Notes under the pieces: generated by a model
The model's input: the letters and a program-made list of their open reading frames with translations, nothing else
The model's database searches: none
Told to the model about the DNA's origin: nothing
Part shown: positions 9,248 to 21,150 of the stretch, one piece after another
Position numbering within the stretch: the first letter of the stretch is position 1
How the letters are laid out: each line of letters opens with the position of its first letter
Assembly (NCBI GenBank): GCA_050248855.1
Contig: JBFWRP010000005.1
Coordinates: 64,001-128,000, forward strand
Direction of reading: 5' to 3'
DNA length: 64,000 bases
Source: Planctomycetota bacterium
GTDB taxonomy: Bacteria; Planctomycetota; PLA2; JAEUHO01
Program-made: the position numbers and the translations under genes

Positions 9248-9930
9248 GTGACGGATGGGTGTGGCAGCCTCGGCGTGCACCGAGCACGAAACAGCGCCAC
9301 CATGCCGACGCGCTCCACGTGGACCTCGTCGAAGCGCTCTTCGAGCTCCCGACGGAGCCCGTCCTCGTCGTCCTCGCGGTTGTGGAAGATCCCGCGCCGG
9401 TTGAACGCAGCCAGGACGGGGCGCGCGCGCCACGGGGTGGGCACGCCGCGGCCGAGGATCGTGCTGCCGAAGAGCACGCCACCGGGTCGCAGCGCACGTC
9501 GGGCTTGGTCGAACGCAACGGCCTTGTGCGCCCACGGGCCCGGCACGCAGTGCAGCAGCGTCGCCATACCCACCGAGTCGAAGTCGACGAGAGCAGGCGG
9601 CCAAGGGCGCAGCACGTCGCCTTCGTGGCAGGAGGGCCCGAGGCGGGCCACGCGTCGCGCCGTGTGCAAGAGACAGTCCGCGTTCAGGTCCAGGAGGGCC
9701 AAGCGCGTGAAGGGCTTCCGCGGTCGCGCGCGATCGAGGTACCGCCCGGTGCCCACGCCGACGTCCAGATGGGCGGGGCCGGCCAGCTCGTCGTACATGC
9801 GCTGGACACGCGACGAAGCGCAGCCCCAGAGCACGGGCAAGTTGAACCGATGCACCACGGTGTCGTAGACCCTGAGCACGAGCGGCGAGTAGACCGCTGC
9901 TCCGTCGGCCGAGGTCCCCGTAGGTTGCAT
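9244..9930 (-). CDS. Class I SAM-dependent methyltransferase
   Basis: HLDVGVGTG motif I, LLDLN, FDSVG..LLHCVPG, LRPGGVLFG. Confidence 0.88.
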   Translation of the reverse strand: MQPTGTSADGAAVYSPLVLRVYDTVVHRFNLPVLWGCASSRVQRMYDELAGPAHLDVGVGTGRYLDRARPRKPFTRLALLDLNADCLLHTARRVARLGPSCHEGDVLRPWPPALVDFDSVGMATLLHCVPGPWAHKAVAFDQARRALRPGGVLFGSTILGRGVPTPWRARPVLAAFNRRGIFHNREDDEDGLRRELEERFDEVHVERVGMVALFRARCTPRLPHPSVT

Positions 9931-10148
9931 GGCGGGATCCTACGCGGCGTCCAACGCCCCGGCCGGAGGGACCAGCCGGCGTTGGATGGCACTCCATCGC
10001 GGGGGCGCCGAGTCCGAAGCGGGTTGCGGGCACGACGGGAATCCGTAGCGGAGGTGATTCCATGGCCGTGGAGCATGCGGATGCGAGCCGGGCCGCGGCG
10101 CAGCGGGACACCCGGCGGCAGCCGGCGGGCCCTTCCCACGGACCCGGG

Positions 10149-10664
10149 ATGCACGGGTTGGCGATCATCGCGCTCTGCGTCGCGGCGTCGGTCGTCTACG
10201 GCGTCGCGCAGGACCTGGTGACCGCCCACCTGTGCGTGGAGTACTTCACGATCGGCCACCCGAAAGTGATCGACTCGCAGGAGCCCGTGGCCCTGGCCCT
10301 GGCCTGGGGCGTGCTGGCCACGTGGTGGGTCGGGCTCGCCGGTGGCCTCGTGCTCGCGGCGGCGGCGCGCGGCGGGCCCTGGCCCAAGCGCAGCGCCAGG
10401 GACTTGGTGAAGCCGCTCGGCTGGGCCCTCCTCGGCATGGCCGTCACCGCGACCCTGGCGGGTGTGGCCGGACACGTGGCCGCCTCGCAGGGCCTCGTGA
10501 AGCTCGTCGGTGACGCCGAGTGGCGCGTACCCCAAGAACGCCATGTCGCGTTCCTGACCAACCTCTGGGCCCATCTTGCCGCCTACGGCGCCGGCGGCGC
10601 CGCGATCCTGCTGGTTGCCGGGCTCGTGCTCCGGGGACGCCGACGCGAACACGCGGCCGCGTAG
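10149..10664 (+). CDS. Hypothetical membrane protein (about 4 TM)
   Basis: Four hydrophobic segments; YGVAQDLVTAHLCVEYFTIGH and WGVLATWWVG; coding-like codon usage. Confidence 0.7.
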   Translation: MHGLAIIALCVAASVVYGVAQDLVTAHLCVEYFTIGHPKVIDSQEPVALALAWGVLATWWVGLAGGLVLAAAARGGPWPKRSARDLVKPLGWALLGMAVTATLAGVAGHVAASQGLVKLVGDAEWRVPQERHVAFLTNLWAHLAAYGAGGAAILLVAGLVLRGRRREHAAA

Positions 10665-10680
10665 GGCCATGAAGCAAAGC

Positions 10681-10708
10681 GGGCCCACGCGCTCGCACGC
10701 GTGGGCCC
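10681..10708. terminator. Hairpin between convergent genes (likely katG terminator, possibly bidirectional)
   Basis: Perfect 11-bp stem GGGCCCACGCG-ctcgca-CGCGTGGGCCC, followed on the minus strand by GCTTTGCTT. Confidence 0.65.
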
Positions 10709-10735
10709 CGGGTTGGGGAGACGCGGTCGTCGCGT

Positions 10736-13243
<2,508 letters not shown>

Positions 13244-13352
13244 TTGATCCGCGCCCTGCATGGCGCCCACGAGCGGCCCCCCCGACGAGAAGGCGCCCGG
13301 CTCCTTGCGAAGCCGGGCGCCCGCATGTGGCGGAGGGACTGTCCGGGTTGGG

Positions 13353-14948
13353 CTAGCGGCGCCAGCGCCCGCGGCAGCTGCCGCGTGACCACGTGTCCTT
13401 GGACAGGAAGATGATCTGCCCGCCCTCGACGAGGTTGCTGCTGCCGCCGATCGAGCCGTTGCGCACGCTGTGGGCCTGCACGACGGCGAGCAGCAGGCGC
13501 TCACCGCGATCGGTCTGGAACAGGTCGGTGACATCGATGATGCCCGACGACTCCCAGTTGCCGACGTCACCCGGGACGGGGTCCGTGGCATCGCCCGGGG
13601 CCACGGCGGTGCGGTCCATCTCGGCCACGCCCTGCCAGGCACCGGTGTTGGGGTTCAGCTGCCAGATCGAGGCCTCGCGACCGGTCGAGCCACCGAACAG
13701 GGCACCGGGGCTCGTGGAGCGATCTTCCTGCACGTAGACGTAGCCGTCCTCACCCCACGTCAGGTTGTCCGGGCTGCGGATGCCGGTGTCCGGGTCGGCC
13801 AGACCATCCGCATCGTGGATGATCGTGAACGTCGCGCCGTACTCGTCGCGGTTGCAGCCACGGCGGCAGCGGCGGCCGAAGTCCAGCTCGATCACGTAGA
13901 TCGTGCCCCAGTTGTCCGAGGGGAACAGCTGACCGCGGCCGGTGCTGGCGAAGACGACCTGTTGGCCATCGTCCGGGTTCGTGTGCAGGTCCTCGGGGCG
14001 CGAGAACATGAACGCGTTGACCGCGGCGGCCTCGGCGTAGAGCGTGTCCTGGTCCAGGTAGCCCGCGGCGTCGTAGCCCGCGTTGCCGGCATTGCCCACG
14101 TCCTTCACGGGGATCTCGACCCAAGCGCCGTCGCGCGACGCGCCGGCGCCGTTGAAGTCCTCGGGGCTCGTGTCACCGTTGTCGGCGACCCACACGTGGA
14201 GCTTGCCGCCCACGAGACCGTTGCGGCGCAGGAAGCCGGAGTTCTTGTGGCCCTTGGTGCCGACGTAGAGGTACATGGGCGCGCCAGCCGTGTCGTCGCC
14301 GAGCAGCAACGCCACCGTGTCCTTGCAGCCGCTGTCGACGGCCGTGACGTTCTCCCAGCCACCGCGACCGAGGTCGGGGCAGGCGTGGAGCTCGCCGCGG
14401 GCGATGTCCAGGGCGAAGATGGAGCCGTTGTCGGACTCTTCGCCCGTGAAAAAGATGTCGTCCCGCAGGCCGTAGTCGCCCTTCTCGACCAGCTGCGCCG
14501 AGCAGAGGCGGTTCAGGCCGCCACCGATCTGCGCCGCCGAGGTGACCTCGTCACCGTTGCGATCGAAGATCGTGTCGTAGGCCTGACCGGCGCCGCAGAG
14601 GTCGCGCGTCTTGCGGTCGAAGTCGAAGTAGCTGATGCGCGCGCCGGTCAGGGCCGTGCCGTTGGCCAGCGTGTAGCTCTTGCCCAGGCCCACGGCCAGC
14701 TCGTGGTTGGCGAACACGCGAACGGTGTTCTTGTCCAGCCGGATCGCGCCGGTGCCGTCCAGCACACCGACGGGGGTGTAGCCATCCACCGTCTCGCTGA
14801 CGGTGAACGCCGCGTCGACGGACCAGCCGTTCTCGCCGGTCATCATCGGGTCGTACGGCGTGGTGTACGACGCCGCGACGGCCACGGCCGTCGCGAGGCC
14901 CGCGCCGACAAGCGCGAGGCCGAGAGAGGGAAGTCGGTTCTTCTTCAC
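13353..14948 (-). CDS. Secreted PhoX-like (DUF839) alkaline phosphatase family protein
   Basis: Signal peptide; ANHE, RLCSA, WENV, RPED, SPDN, VQED and WESSG motifs; AGGAG plus GTG at 14948. Confidence 0.75.
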   Translation of the reverse strand: MKKNRLPSLGLALVGAGLATAVAVAASYTTPYDPMMTGENGWSVDAAFTVSETVDGYTPVGVLDGTGAIRLDKNTVRVFANHELAVGLGKSYTLANGTALTGARISYFDFDRKTRDLCGAGQAYDTIFDRNGDEVTSAAQIGGGLNRLCSAQLVEKGDYGLRDDIFFTGEESDNGSIFALDIARGELHACPDLGRGGWENVTAVDSGCKDTVALLLGDDTAGAPMYLYVGTKGHKNSGFLRRNGLVGGKLHVWVADNGDTSPEDFNGAGASRDGAWVEIPVKDVGNAGNAGYDAAGYLDQDTLYAEAAAVNAFMFSRPEDLHTNPDDGQQVVFASTGRGQLFPSDNWGTIYVIELDFGRRCRRGCNRDEYGATFTIIHDADGLADPDTGIRSPDNLTWGEDGYVYVQEDRSTSPGALFGGSTGREASIWQLNPNTGAWQGVAEMDRTAVAPGDATDPVPGDVGNWESSGIIDVTDLFQTDRGERLLLAVVQAHSVRNGSIGGSSNLVEGGQIIFLSKDTWSRGSCRGRWRR

Positions 14949-15108
14949 GGTGATTGCTCTCCTGCAGGGACAGGGTTGGGGGACCGCAGGATTGGAGAGG
15001 CTCACCGTGAAGGCATGATGCGCGCCATAGGGAAGGAAGATGACCGGCAGGAGAAGACGAGATGAACGAGCGCAAGCGTTTCAATCAGGACTTGGACGAA
15101 GTCGAGGA

Positions 15109-15132
15109 TACCGAGTGCGGGCAAATCTCATG
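15109..15132 (-). repeat. Left copy of the island-end motif (inverted relative to the 32.15-32.33 kb cluster)
   Basis: Minus strand CATGAGATTTGCCCGCACTCGGTA; its 19-bp core GATTTGCCCGCACTCGGTA is identical to 32157-32175 and 32251-32269. Confidence 0.9.
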
Positions 15133-15238
15133 GAAGATCGAGTCGCGGCAAGCACGACTGCACGATCGCAGCGCACCGCCGGGCGTACTCGACGTCCGAG
15201 GCCATGAGCTCGCGGATCAACGTCCGATCCTCCCACCC
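15128..15238 (-). pseudogene. 3'-terminal gene fragment whose stop lies inside the left motif (possible transposase C-terminus)
   Basis: Frame reads GWEDRTLIRELMASDVEYARRCAAIVQSCLPRLDLP* with G/C-ending codons; the TGA at 15128-15130 is within the repeat; no clear RBS/start. Confidence 0.35.
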
Positions 15239-15273
15239 TACGGCAGCGCGATCCCGGCCCGCCTGCGATGTGG

Positions 15274-16995
15274 CTACTCGATCCGCACGTTGACGACGGC
15301 GTGCTCACCAGCAGCGATCTCGACGAGCTCGCGGCCACTGGTGCGGCCGTCGCCGGTGCCGCCCGTCACGACGAGCGGACCAGCAGGCACGACCACGGGC
15401 GGCGCCAAGCCTGCCGTGTAGGGCACGCGGGAGTGCCCGAACATCCAGTGGAGGGGCCCTTGCTTCTGCGGGGCCAGGAAGAGACTGCCGATGCCGACGT
15501 GGGGTACGCCCTCCACGTCCAGCTGGACCTGGACGCTCGGAAGCTGGTCGAGATCCACATCCAACGCGATGTGCTGCTGGCCACGCAACTCCAGGGTCTC
15601 CACCGCGTTGCCGCCGATCAGCAGCTCGTAGGTTCCCGGCACCAGCTGGAGCTCGAAGGCCTGGCCGCGGTGGAGGACCGCGTCGAAGCCGCGCAGGTAG
15701 ACCGAGCGACGATCCTGCAGGAGCTTGACGAGCGTGCGGATGTCGGGGCGCTGCGACGTGAGCCGGAGAGTGACCGGGGTGATCGAAGCCCCCTCCGTCC
15801 GCCGCAGCGGCACGAGGACGGGGCCCGAGGTCGCCGACTCCAGGGAGCGCGCGACGACGGGTAGCTCTTGGGGCTCATGGCCCGGTGCCTCGACACGCAC
15901 GCCGCCGCAGGCCACCTCCGCCGGTGCCCCTTCCCGCACGACGATGTACTCCCGGAAGTAGTCTGCGTGGAGCACGGGTTGCGTCAGTCCCAGCAGCGCT
16001 TCACGCCCATACCAGAGCCCGGCGTACGCTTGGCGGAGCAGGGTCCACTCGTTCTTGAACTTGCCGGCCTCCGAAACGCGCTTGATGGGCGAGATGGTGG
16101 CCGCGCCCAGGGGCTTCCCCGACTCCGCATCGACGGCCCGCAGCCACGTCAGTCGGAGGGGAGCCACCATCAGCTGGAGGACGCGACCCACGCCGGGGCG
16201 CACGGCATCGTGCATGGGCTTCGCGGCGCCCTCGGAGTCGAGCAGCTGCATGGGTGTGCTCCAGCCGCTCGCGTACGCTCGGTAGAGGCGACCCGCGTCG
16301 AGCCCTTCCACGCACGCCACGCCCGAGCCGTCGGTCGTGACCTGGCGACCATCCTCGAGAAACCACCCCCCGGGTCCGCGTACGGGGCCCGCCTCCCCAC
16401 GCGCCCCGATGTCGATCGGGTAGACGACGACGTCGAGGCCCGGCACGGGCTTGCCCTGGAGGTCGACGGTGCGGACCTCGAGAGGAGCGCCCGCTTCGAG
16501 CACCACGTCGATGCCATCCACGGGCAGGTCGTCGAGCACCACGAACGCGGGCGCCAAGGAGGCCCCACCGCGCGCGGTCACACCAAGGGGATACGACAGC
16601 GCATCGACCTCGAGCGTGCACACGCCGTCCGCACCGGACGTGCCCTCGAGGATCTTGCCCTCTTCCTCGCCCGGCTCGAGCTCACGCACCTCGACGCGCG
16701 CCCCCTCCAGCGGTCGGTCGCCGTGGCTCACGCGCACCGTGAGGCGTGCGAGCCCAGGTGCCCCCCCCGGGCGCCCGACAGGCGGAGCCACCTCCGGGCC
16801 GGGCGAGCCTGCAATCAGGGGGGCGGGGGCGCCCGTGAGGCCGGGCGTGGGCGTGCTCACCGCGTCGACGGACGCGGTCCCGGCACGGTGCCCATCAGGC
16901 AGCTCGGGCGGCTGACTCGCACTCCGCTGGAGCAGCCAGAGTGCGGCGAGCCCCCCGAACACGATCCCGGCAAGGACCCCGGCTCTGGCGCGCAT
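15274..16995 (-). CDS. Membrane-anchored protein with carboxypeptidase-regulatory-like beta-sandwich domains
   Basis: GGAGG plus ATG; N-terminal TM; RPLEGARVEV...SGADG and VDLQGKPVPG...TTDGSG repeats. Confidence 0.7.
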   Translation of the reverse strand: MRARAGVLAGIVFGGLAALWLLQRSASQPPELPDGHRAGTASVDAVSTPTPGLTGAPAPLIAGSPGPEVAPPVGRPGGAPGLARLTVRVSHGDRPLEGARVEVRELEPGEEEGKILEGTSGADGVCTLEVDALSYPLGVTARGGASLAPAFVVLDDLPVDGIDVVLEAGAPLEVRTVDLQGKPVPGLDVVVYPIDIGARGEAGPVRGPGGWFLEDGRQVTTDGSGVACVEGLDAGRLYRAYASGWSTPMQLLDSEGAAKPMHDAVRPGVGRVLQLMVAPLRLTWLRAVDAESGKPLGAATISPIKRVSEAGKFKNEWTLLRQAYAGLWYGREALLGLTQPVLHADYFREYIVVREGAPAEVACGGVRVEAPGHEPQELPVVARSLESATSGPVLVPLRRTEGASITPVTLRLTSQRPDIRTLVKLLQDRRSVYLRGFDAVLHRGQAFELQLVPGTYELLIGGNAVETLELRGQQHIALDVDLDQLPSVQVQLDVEGVPHVGIGSLFLAPQKQGPLHWMFGHSRVPYTAGLAPPVVVPAGPLVVTGGTGDGRTSGRELVEIAAGEHAVVNVRIE

Positions 16996-17246
16996 CGACC
17001 CACCTCCAGGGAGCCCAACGAAGCCGGACGTCTGGCGTTCGCGCGGAGGGCAGCGCGGCACCCCCGGATCGACGCTCGGGCGTAGCGGGGAGGACCGCGT
17101 GCCCGCCATCGCCGCCTAGCCCACCAGCCCGTGCGGGCTCCATGCGCGACGACGACGCCGTCGTCAGACTCCATCCCGACCGACGACCCGGCCAGAGCCT
17201 GCGGTCCCGCGACGGCGCGTTCGGCCTCGCCCCCGGGCGAGGGATG

Positions 17247-17690
17247 TCAGGCAAGCTTCAAGACCACGTCGTCGGCGGCCGTGTCCGTCAGGCCACACGC
17301 GCGGTAGAGCTCCATCGCGGCAGGGTTGCTGCGGTTCGTGACGACCCACACCCCGCGCGCGTCCACCGCACGCGCTTCCTCGAGGAACGCCTCGACGAGG
17401 CGCCGGCCGATGCCCTGGCGCCGCCAAGCGCGTGCGACATCGATCTCGTAGAGCAACAGGTGGGGCCGACGTGCATGCGGCGTAGGCAGGCGATGGCCGA
17501 TCAAGCTGCCGACGGCCGCCCCATCCACCTCGGCAACCAGGAGGTAGCTGGCGTCGTCCTCCAAGAAGGCTGCGAGGGCCGTCGCGTCCACAGGCGTGTG
17601 TCCGTTGACATCTTCAACGGCTCGGCATGCAAGCTCGAGCCCGCTGGCGCCGACGCGAACCACGCGGACATCGTTCGCTCGCTGACCCAT
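17247..17690 (-). CDS. GNAT N-acetyltransferase (copy 1)
   Basis: LYEIDV..WRRQGIGRRL motif A, N-x-x-A-x-x-LY motif B; GAGGAG RBS; 147 aa. Confidence 0.9.
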   Translation of the reverse strand: MGQRANDVRVVRVGASGLELACRAVEDVNGHTPVDATALAAFLEDDASYLLVAEVDGAAVGSLIGHRLPTPHARRPHLLLYEIDVARAWRRQGIGRRLVEAFLEEARAVDARGVWVVTNRSNPAAMELYRACGLTDTAADDVVLKLA

Positions 17691-17863
17691 CGCGGCTCCT
17701 CGCAGGACCGCACGCAAGCGTAGGACATCCGGCGGTCCCTCGCTCGGCCGCGGCCCTCGCCAAGCGGGTGCGCTCGGTGGACACGGGCTACCGTGGGCGC
17801 CGCCTGACCACCCGAGGGGTCGTCGCCTGAATGCCCGACGGCCCCAGGAGGGCGCCAAGCAGG

Positions 17864-18718
17864 TCACTTCCGCGTGCCGTTCCAGTAGCTGGAGTTCGCG
17901 CCCGGGCCGACACCGAAGGTCCCGCGGAACGACATCCCATCGTCGGCGAGCCGGAACCAGAGCTTGCCTCGCCCGCCGTTCTCCGTCTGATGCCATGTCG
18001 CTTGGAGGGTGCGGCCGTCCTCCGAGAGCGTGCCCTGGATCGTGCCGCCCTTGTAGGTGTAGGAGCCCGACACGGTGCGGCCGCTCACTTCGAGGATCAT
18101 GGCGGTTCCGCCACCCGACCACGTGGTTTGCCACTGTCCCGCGAACGTGCGGCCCGCCTGCTCGCTCGAAGGCCGGAGCGCCGCCGTCTCTTCCTTCTTG
18201 GACCTGCCAACGGCTGCGAGCTCGATCTTCGTCAGCGGCCCGAGCTCCGCACGCACCCGCTCGGCCTCCTTGCGAAGGTCGTCGTAGGTGCGGATGGTGT
18301 AGTAGGAGTAGAAGAGGTCGTCGTGGGCATCGTAGCGCGCACGAATCGAGGCATCCAAGCGCGCCTTCACGGCCCGGAAGATGCGTGCCCACGTCTGTCT
18401 GTTCTTCTCGTAGATCCACGCCCGGCTGCCTTGCGGCCGCTCGTCGATCAAGGCCTTGTTGCGCTGTTGGGCGAGCAGCGCGCCGCGCAGCGTGTGTCCC
18501 TGCGGCGGGGGTGAGAAGTCATCGAGGTAGCGTGAGCTCCCCTCGTCCAGCTTGGGCGCCTCGTAGTCCGCCCGGTCGAGCGTGACGCCGAGGTCCCGAT
18601 ACGCCTCCAGCACCCCGAGGAGTCGCAGTCCCAGCTCACGGTCCTCTTCCGCGTGCGCCGGCGAAGCCGGGGCAAGCGATGCAACCAGCACGAGGGCAAG
18701 GGCGGAAAGGCGAGTCAT
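17864..18718 (-). CDS. Secreted hypothetical protein with C-terminal all-beta domain
   Basis: AGGAGG plus ATG 18718; signal peptide ending AHA; C-terminal FAGQWQTTW...VSGSY...GTIQGTL...RGKLWFRL...FRGTF. Confidence 0.7.
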   Translation of the reverse strand: MTRLSALALVLVASLAPASPAHAEEDRELGLRLLGVLEAYRDLGVTLDRADYEAPKLDEGSSRYLDDFSPPPQGHTLRGALLAQQRNKALIDERPQGSRAWIYEKNRQTWARIFRAVKARLDASIRARYDAHDDLFYSYYTIRTYDDLRKEAERVRAELGPLTKIELAAVGRSKKEETAALRPSSEQAGRTFAGQWQTTWSGGGTAMILEVSGRTVSGSYTYKGGTIQGTLSEDGRTLQATWHQTENGGRGKLWFRLADDGMSFRGTFGVGPGANSSYWNGTRK

Positions 18719-18949
18719 GGTTACCTCCTGGGCCGCGAGGGCCTCCAAGAGGGGAGTACGGAAGCGAGCAACCCCATTGCAGGCGCTTCCAGGAGGCAGA
18801 CGCGGGCCACGTGGCTGCGCTCTCGGCAGCCCTTCGCACCGTGCGGCGCATCGACCACCTCGCGCGACGGAGCACGCAGCAGGATGTCCCGCCTCCGTAC
18901 CTCCGGTACTCCCGGGAATCGGGCGGGCCGCGGCGGCCCGCGGCATGCC

Positions 18950-18990
18950 AAATGACGGTGTAGTCGTCATTTTTCATGTAATATGACGAC
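18950..18990. promoter_or_regulatory. AT-rich promoter with two overlapping palindromes upstream of the DUF4143 ATPase
   Basis: AAATGACG-N7-CGTCATTT (18950-18972) and GTCGTCAT-N12-ATGACGAC (18963-18990); TAATAT at 18979-18984. Confidence 0.6.
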
Positions 18991-18991
18991 G

Positions 18992-20134
18992 ATGTCGACG
19001 CCTGCAGTCCCCCGCCTCCTCGATCTCCCTCGTCTCCTCGCGGCCAAGTCCCACTTCCTGTTCGGCCCTCGACAAACGGGAAAGAGCCACCTCGTACGGA
19101 CGACGCTGGCGGGGGCGCTTGTCTACGACCTGCTGGACACGGCGACGTACTTGGCGCTCTCGAGCGACCCGGGCCGCATTGCCCAGGAGCACCAGGGCGA
19201 GCGGATCGTCGTGATCGACGAAATCCAGCGGCTCCCGGGACTCCTCAACGAGGTGCACCGGCTGATCGAGACGCGGAACGTCCGGTTCCTGCTCACGGGC
19301 TCCTCGGCGCGTGCCCTCCGCCGAGAGGGCGTCAACTTGCTCGGCGGCCGCGCGCGCACGAAGCACCTCCACCCGCTGACGGCGAGGGAGTTGGGCGCCC
19401 GGTTCGACCTCGAGCGGGCCATCGCCCGGGGGACGATCCCGTCGATCTACTTCTCCGACGACCCCGACGCCGACCTCGAGTCCTACGCGGGCACCTACCT
19501 GCGCGAGGAGATCGCAGCCGAGGGCGCCACGCGAAACGTGCCGGCCTTCAGCCGCTTCCTCCGTGTTGCCGCGGCCTGCAACGCAACGATGGTCAACTTC
19601 ACGGAGGTTTCCAACGATGCGCAGGTTCCCCGCACGACCGTGCACGAGTACTTCGGGATCCTCCGCGACACGCTCCTGCTCCACGAGGTGCCGGCGTGGC
19701 GCGAAACGGAACGGCGCAAGCCCGTTGCCTCGTCCAAGCACTACTTCTTCGACATCGGAGTCGTCAGTGCGCTTCAGGGCCGGTCCGCGCGCCCGGGGAC
19801 GCCGGAGTTCGGACCGGCGTTCGAGACCTGGCTCGCCCACGAGCTCTTCGCGCACCGCGACTACGTCTCGGGAGAGCCAGTCGCCCACTGGCGATCGACG
19901 TCCGGATTCGAGGTGGACTTCGTCCTAGGCGACCACACCGCCGTCGAGGCGAAGGCCACGGCGCAGATCTCGCCCCGACATCTTCGTGGTCTCCGTGCGC
20001 TTGCCGAAGAGGGGAAGCTGCGACATCACGTATGCGTGTGCCTCGCCGAGAGACCGCGTCGTGTGGAAGGCGGGATCGAGATCCTTCCCTACGGCGAGTT
20101 CTTGGAAGCCCTGTGGGGCGGAGCCTACGCCTGA
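18992..20134 (+). CDS. AAA+ ATPase, AAA_14 / DUF4143 family
   Basis: GPRQTGKS Walker A, VVIDEIQ Walker B, LTGSS, LLGGRA, KHYFFDIG, FEVDFV...VEAK. Start could be 18983 or 18992. Confidence 0.92.
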   Translation: MSTPAVPRLLDLPRLLAAKSHFLFGPRQTGKSHLVRTTLAGALVYDLLDTATYLALSSDPGRIAQEHQGERIVVIDEIQRLPGLLNEVHRLIETRNVRFLLTGSSARALRREGVNLLGGRARTKHLHPLTARELGARFDLERAIARGTIPSIYFSDDPDADLESYAGTYLREEIAAEGATRNVPAFSRFLRVAAACNATMVNFTEVSNDAQVPRTTVHEYFGILRDTLLLHEVPAWRETERRKPVASSKHYFFDIGVVSALQGRSARPGTPEFGPAFETWLAHELFAHRDYVSGEPVAHWRSTSGFEVDFVLGDHTAVEAKATAQISPRHLRGLRALAEEGKLRHHVCVCLAERPRRVEGGIEILPYGEFLEALWGGAYA

Positions 20135-20388
20135 CGAGGCGACCCCGCGAACGGACCAGCAGACGCCACGGAGCGATCAGCGGCCTGGTCCGCACTACGC
20201 GGAGTCACCGACTCGGCGGGGGTGCCGGCGTCCGGAGGGTGCGCGTGCACGCCTTGCGGCCAGGCTTTTGGCTCCACGGCCGTGGAGGTCCAGTTCCCGT
20301 TCCGGCATCGAATCGACCTCATGGGGCACTCCGCGGCCCTGCGTCGATTCTCTCGAACCGCGTGACACGGCCGCCCATCACGAGCAGG

Positions 20389-21150
20389 TCATGGCAGGCA
20401 TCGGCGCCAATCGGCCAGTCCATCGAGCGCCCAGGGTGTCGCAACGGCGTGAGCACCGCGGAGTTCGTCCGTGTGCCGTGCCGCCGTCGCGCTGCCACCG
20501 CGCCGAACGCGCAAGGCAAGTTCGAAGGCCTCCGCGACCTGCCCGCGCTCCTCGATGAGACGCAGCAACGCACGGGTCTTGCTGACGAGCTCACCGTCGC
20601 GCCAGAACACGACTGCGCGCGCCAGAAGCTGCAGGACGGCCGCGTACCAGATGGCCGACGCACCCTCTGGCGGGGAGCAGGCCTCTTGCTCGAGGCGCAT
20701 CGATCGCCTCGACAGGGCGTCGCGGTCGGGGTGCGCAATGGTCACGCTCTCACCCGCCAGCACGCGTGTACGCGTGGCAAGGCCAAGCTGATCGAAGGCG
20801 TCTTGGACGTGCTCGTGATCCAGGTCGCCGTGCGCGGCGTACAGGACAAGCAGGTCGACGGTCTGTCCGGAGCTCCAGGGTCCCTCGCGCCCCTCCACGA
20901 AGGCGAGCTCCGTCGCGTGGTGTAACTCCGCGAGGCAACGCTCTCGCGTCCGGGATGGGGGCTCGCGCAGCACCGCGCAGACGTCAACGTCGCTCCAACC
21001 GGCCTGGAAGTCGCCCAGGACGACGCTTCCGTACAGCAGCATGGCTCGGAGCGCGTCGCCGCAGGCGACCTCCGCACGCGGAAGCCACCACGCGAGCAGG
21101 CCCTGGACCGCCGCGGGGAGCGGGGTCTCAGACAAGCTTGGATACCACAT
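20389..21150 (-). CDS. Nucleotidyltransferase, aminoglycoside adenylyltransferase (AadA/DUF4111)-like
   Basis: LYGSVVLGDF...SDVD (GS...DxD) signature; C-terminal LARAVVFWRDGELVSK. Start is ATG 21150 or TTG 21135, both overlapping the GNAT end. Confidence 0.7.
   Translation of the reverse strand: MWYPSLSETPLPAAVQGLLAWWLPRAEVACGDALRAMLLYGSVVLGDFQAGWSDVDVCAVLREPPSRTRERCLAELHHATELAFVEGREGPWSSGQTVDLLVLYAAHGDLDHEHVQDAFDQLGLATRTRVLAGESVTIAHPDRDALSRRSMRLEQEACSPPEGASAIWYAAVLQLLARAVVFWRDGELVSKTRALLRLIEERGQVAEAFELALRVRRGGSATAARHTDELRGAHAVATPWALDGLADWRRCLP

Noticed and set aside
14949..15108. Distal att copy of the tRNA-Thr 3' end marking the left island border
   Set aside because: No match to TGGAGCCCCGGGTCGG was found here by eye, so a classical integrase-type island boundary is not supported.
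18893..18914. Internal degenerate copy of the island motif (CTCCGTACCTCCGGTACTCCCG)
   Set aside because: Only an 11-bp match (CGGTACTCCCG) to copy 3, which could be chance in GC-rich DNA.
20195..20308. 37-aa minus-strand ORF starting MPERELDLHG (Smr-like start)
   Set aside because: Only five residues resemble the Smr motif, and the rest is low-complexity and not coding-like.
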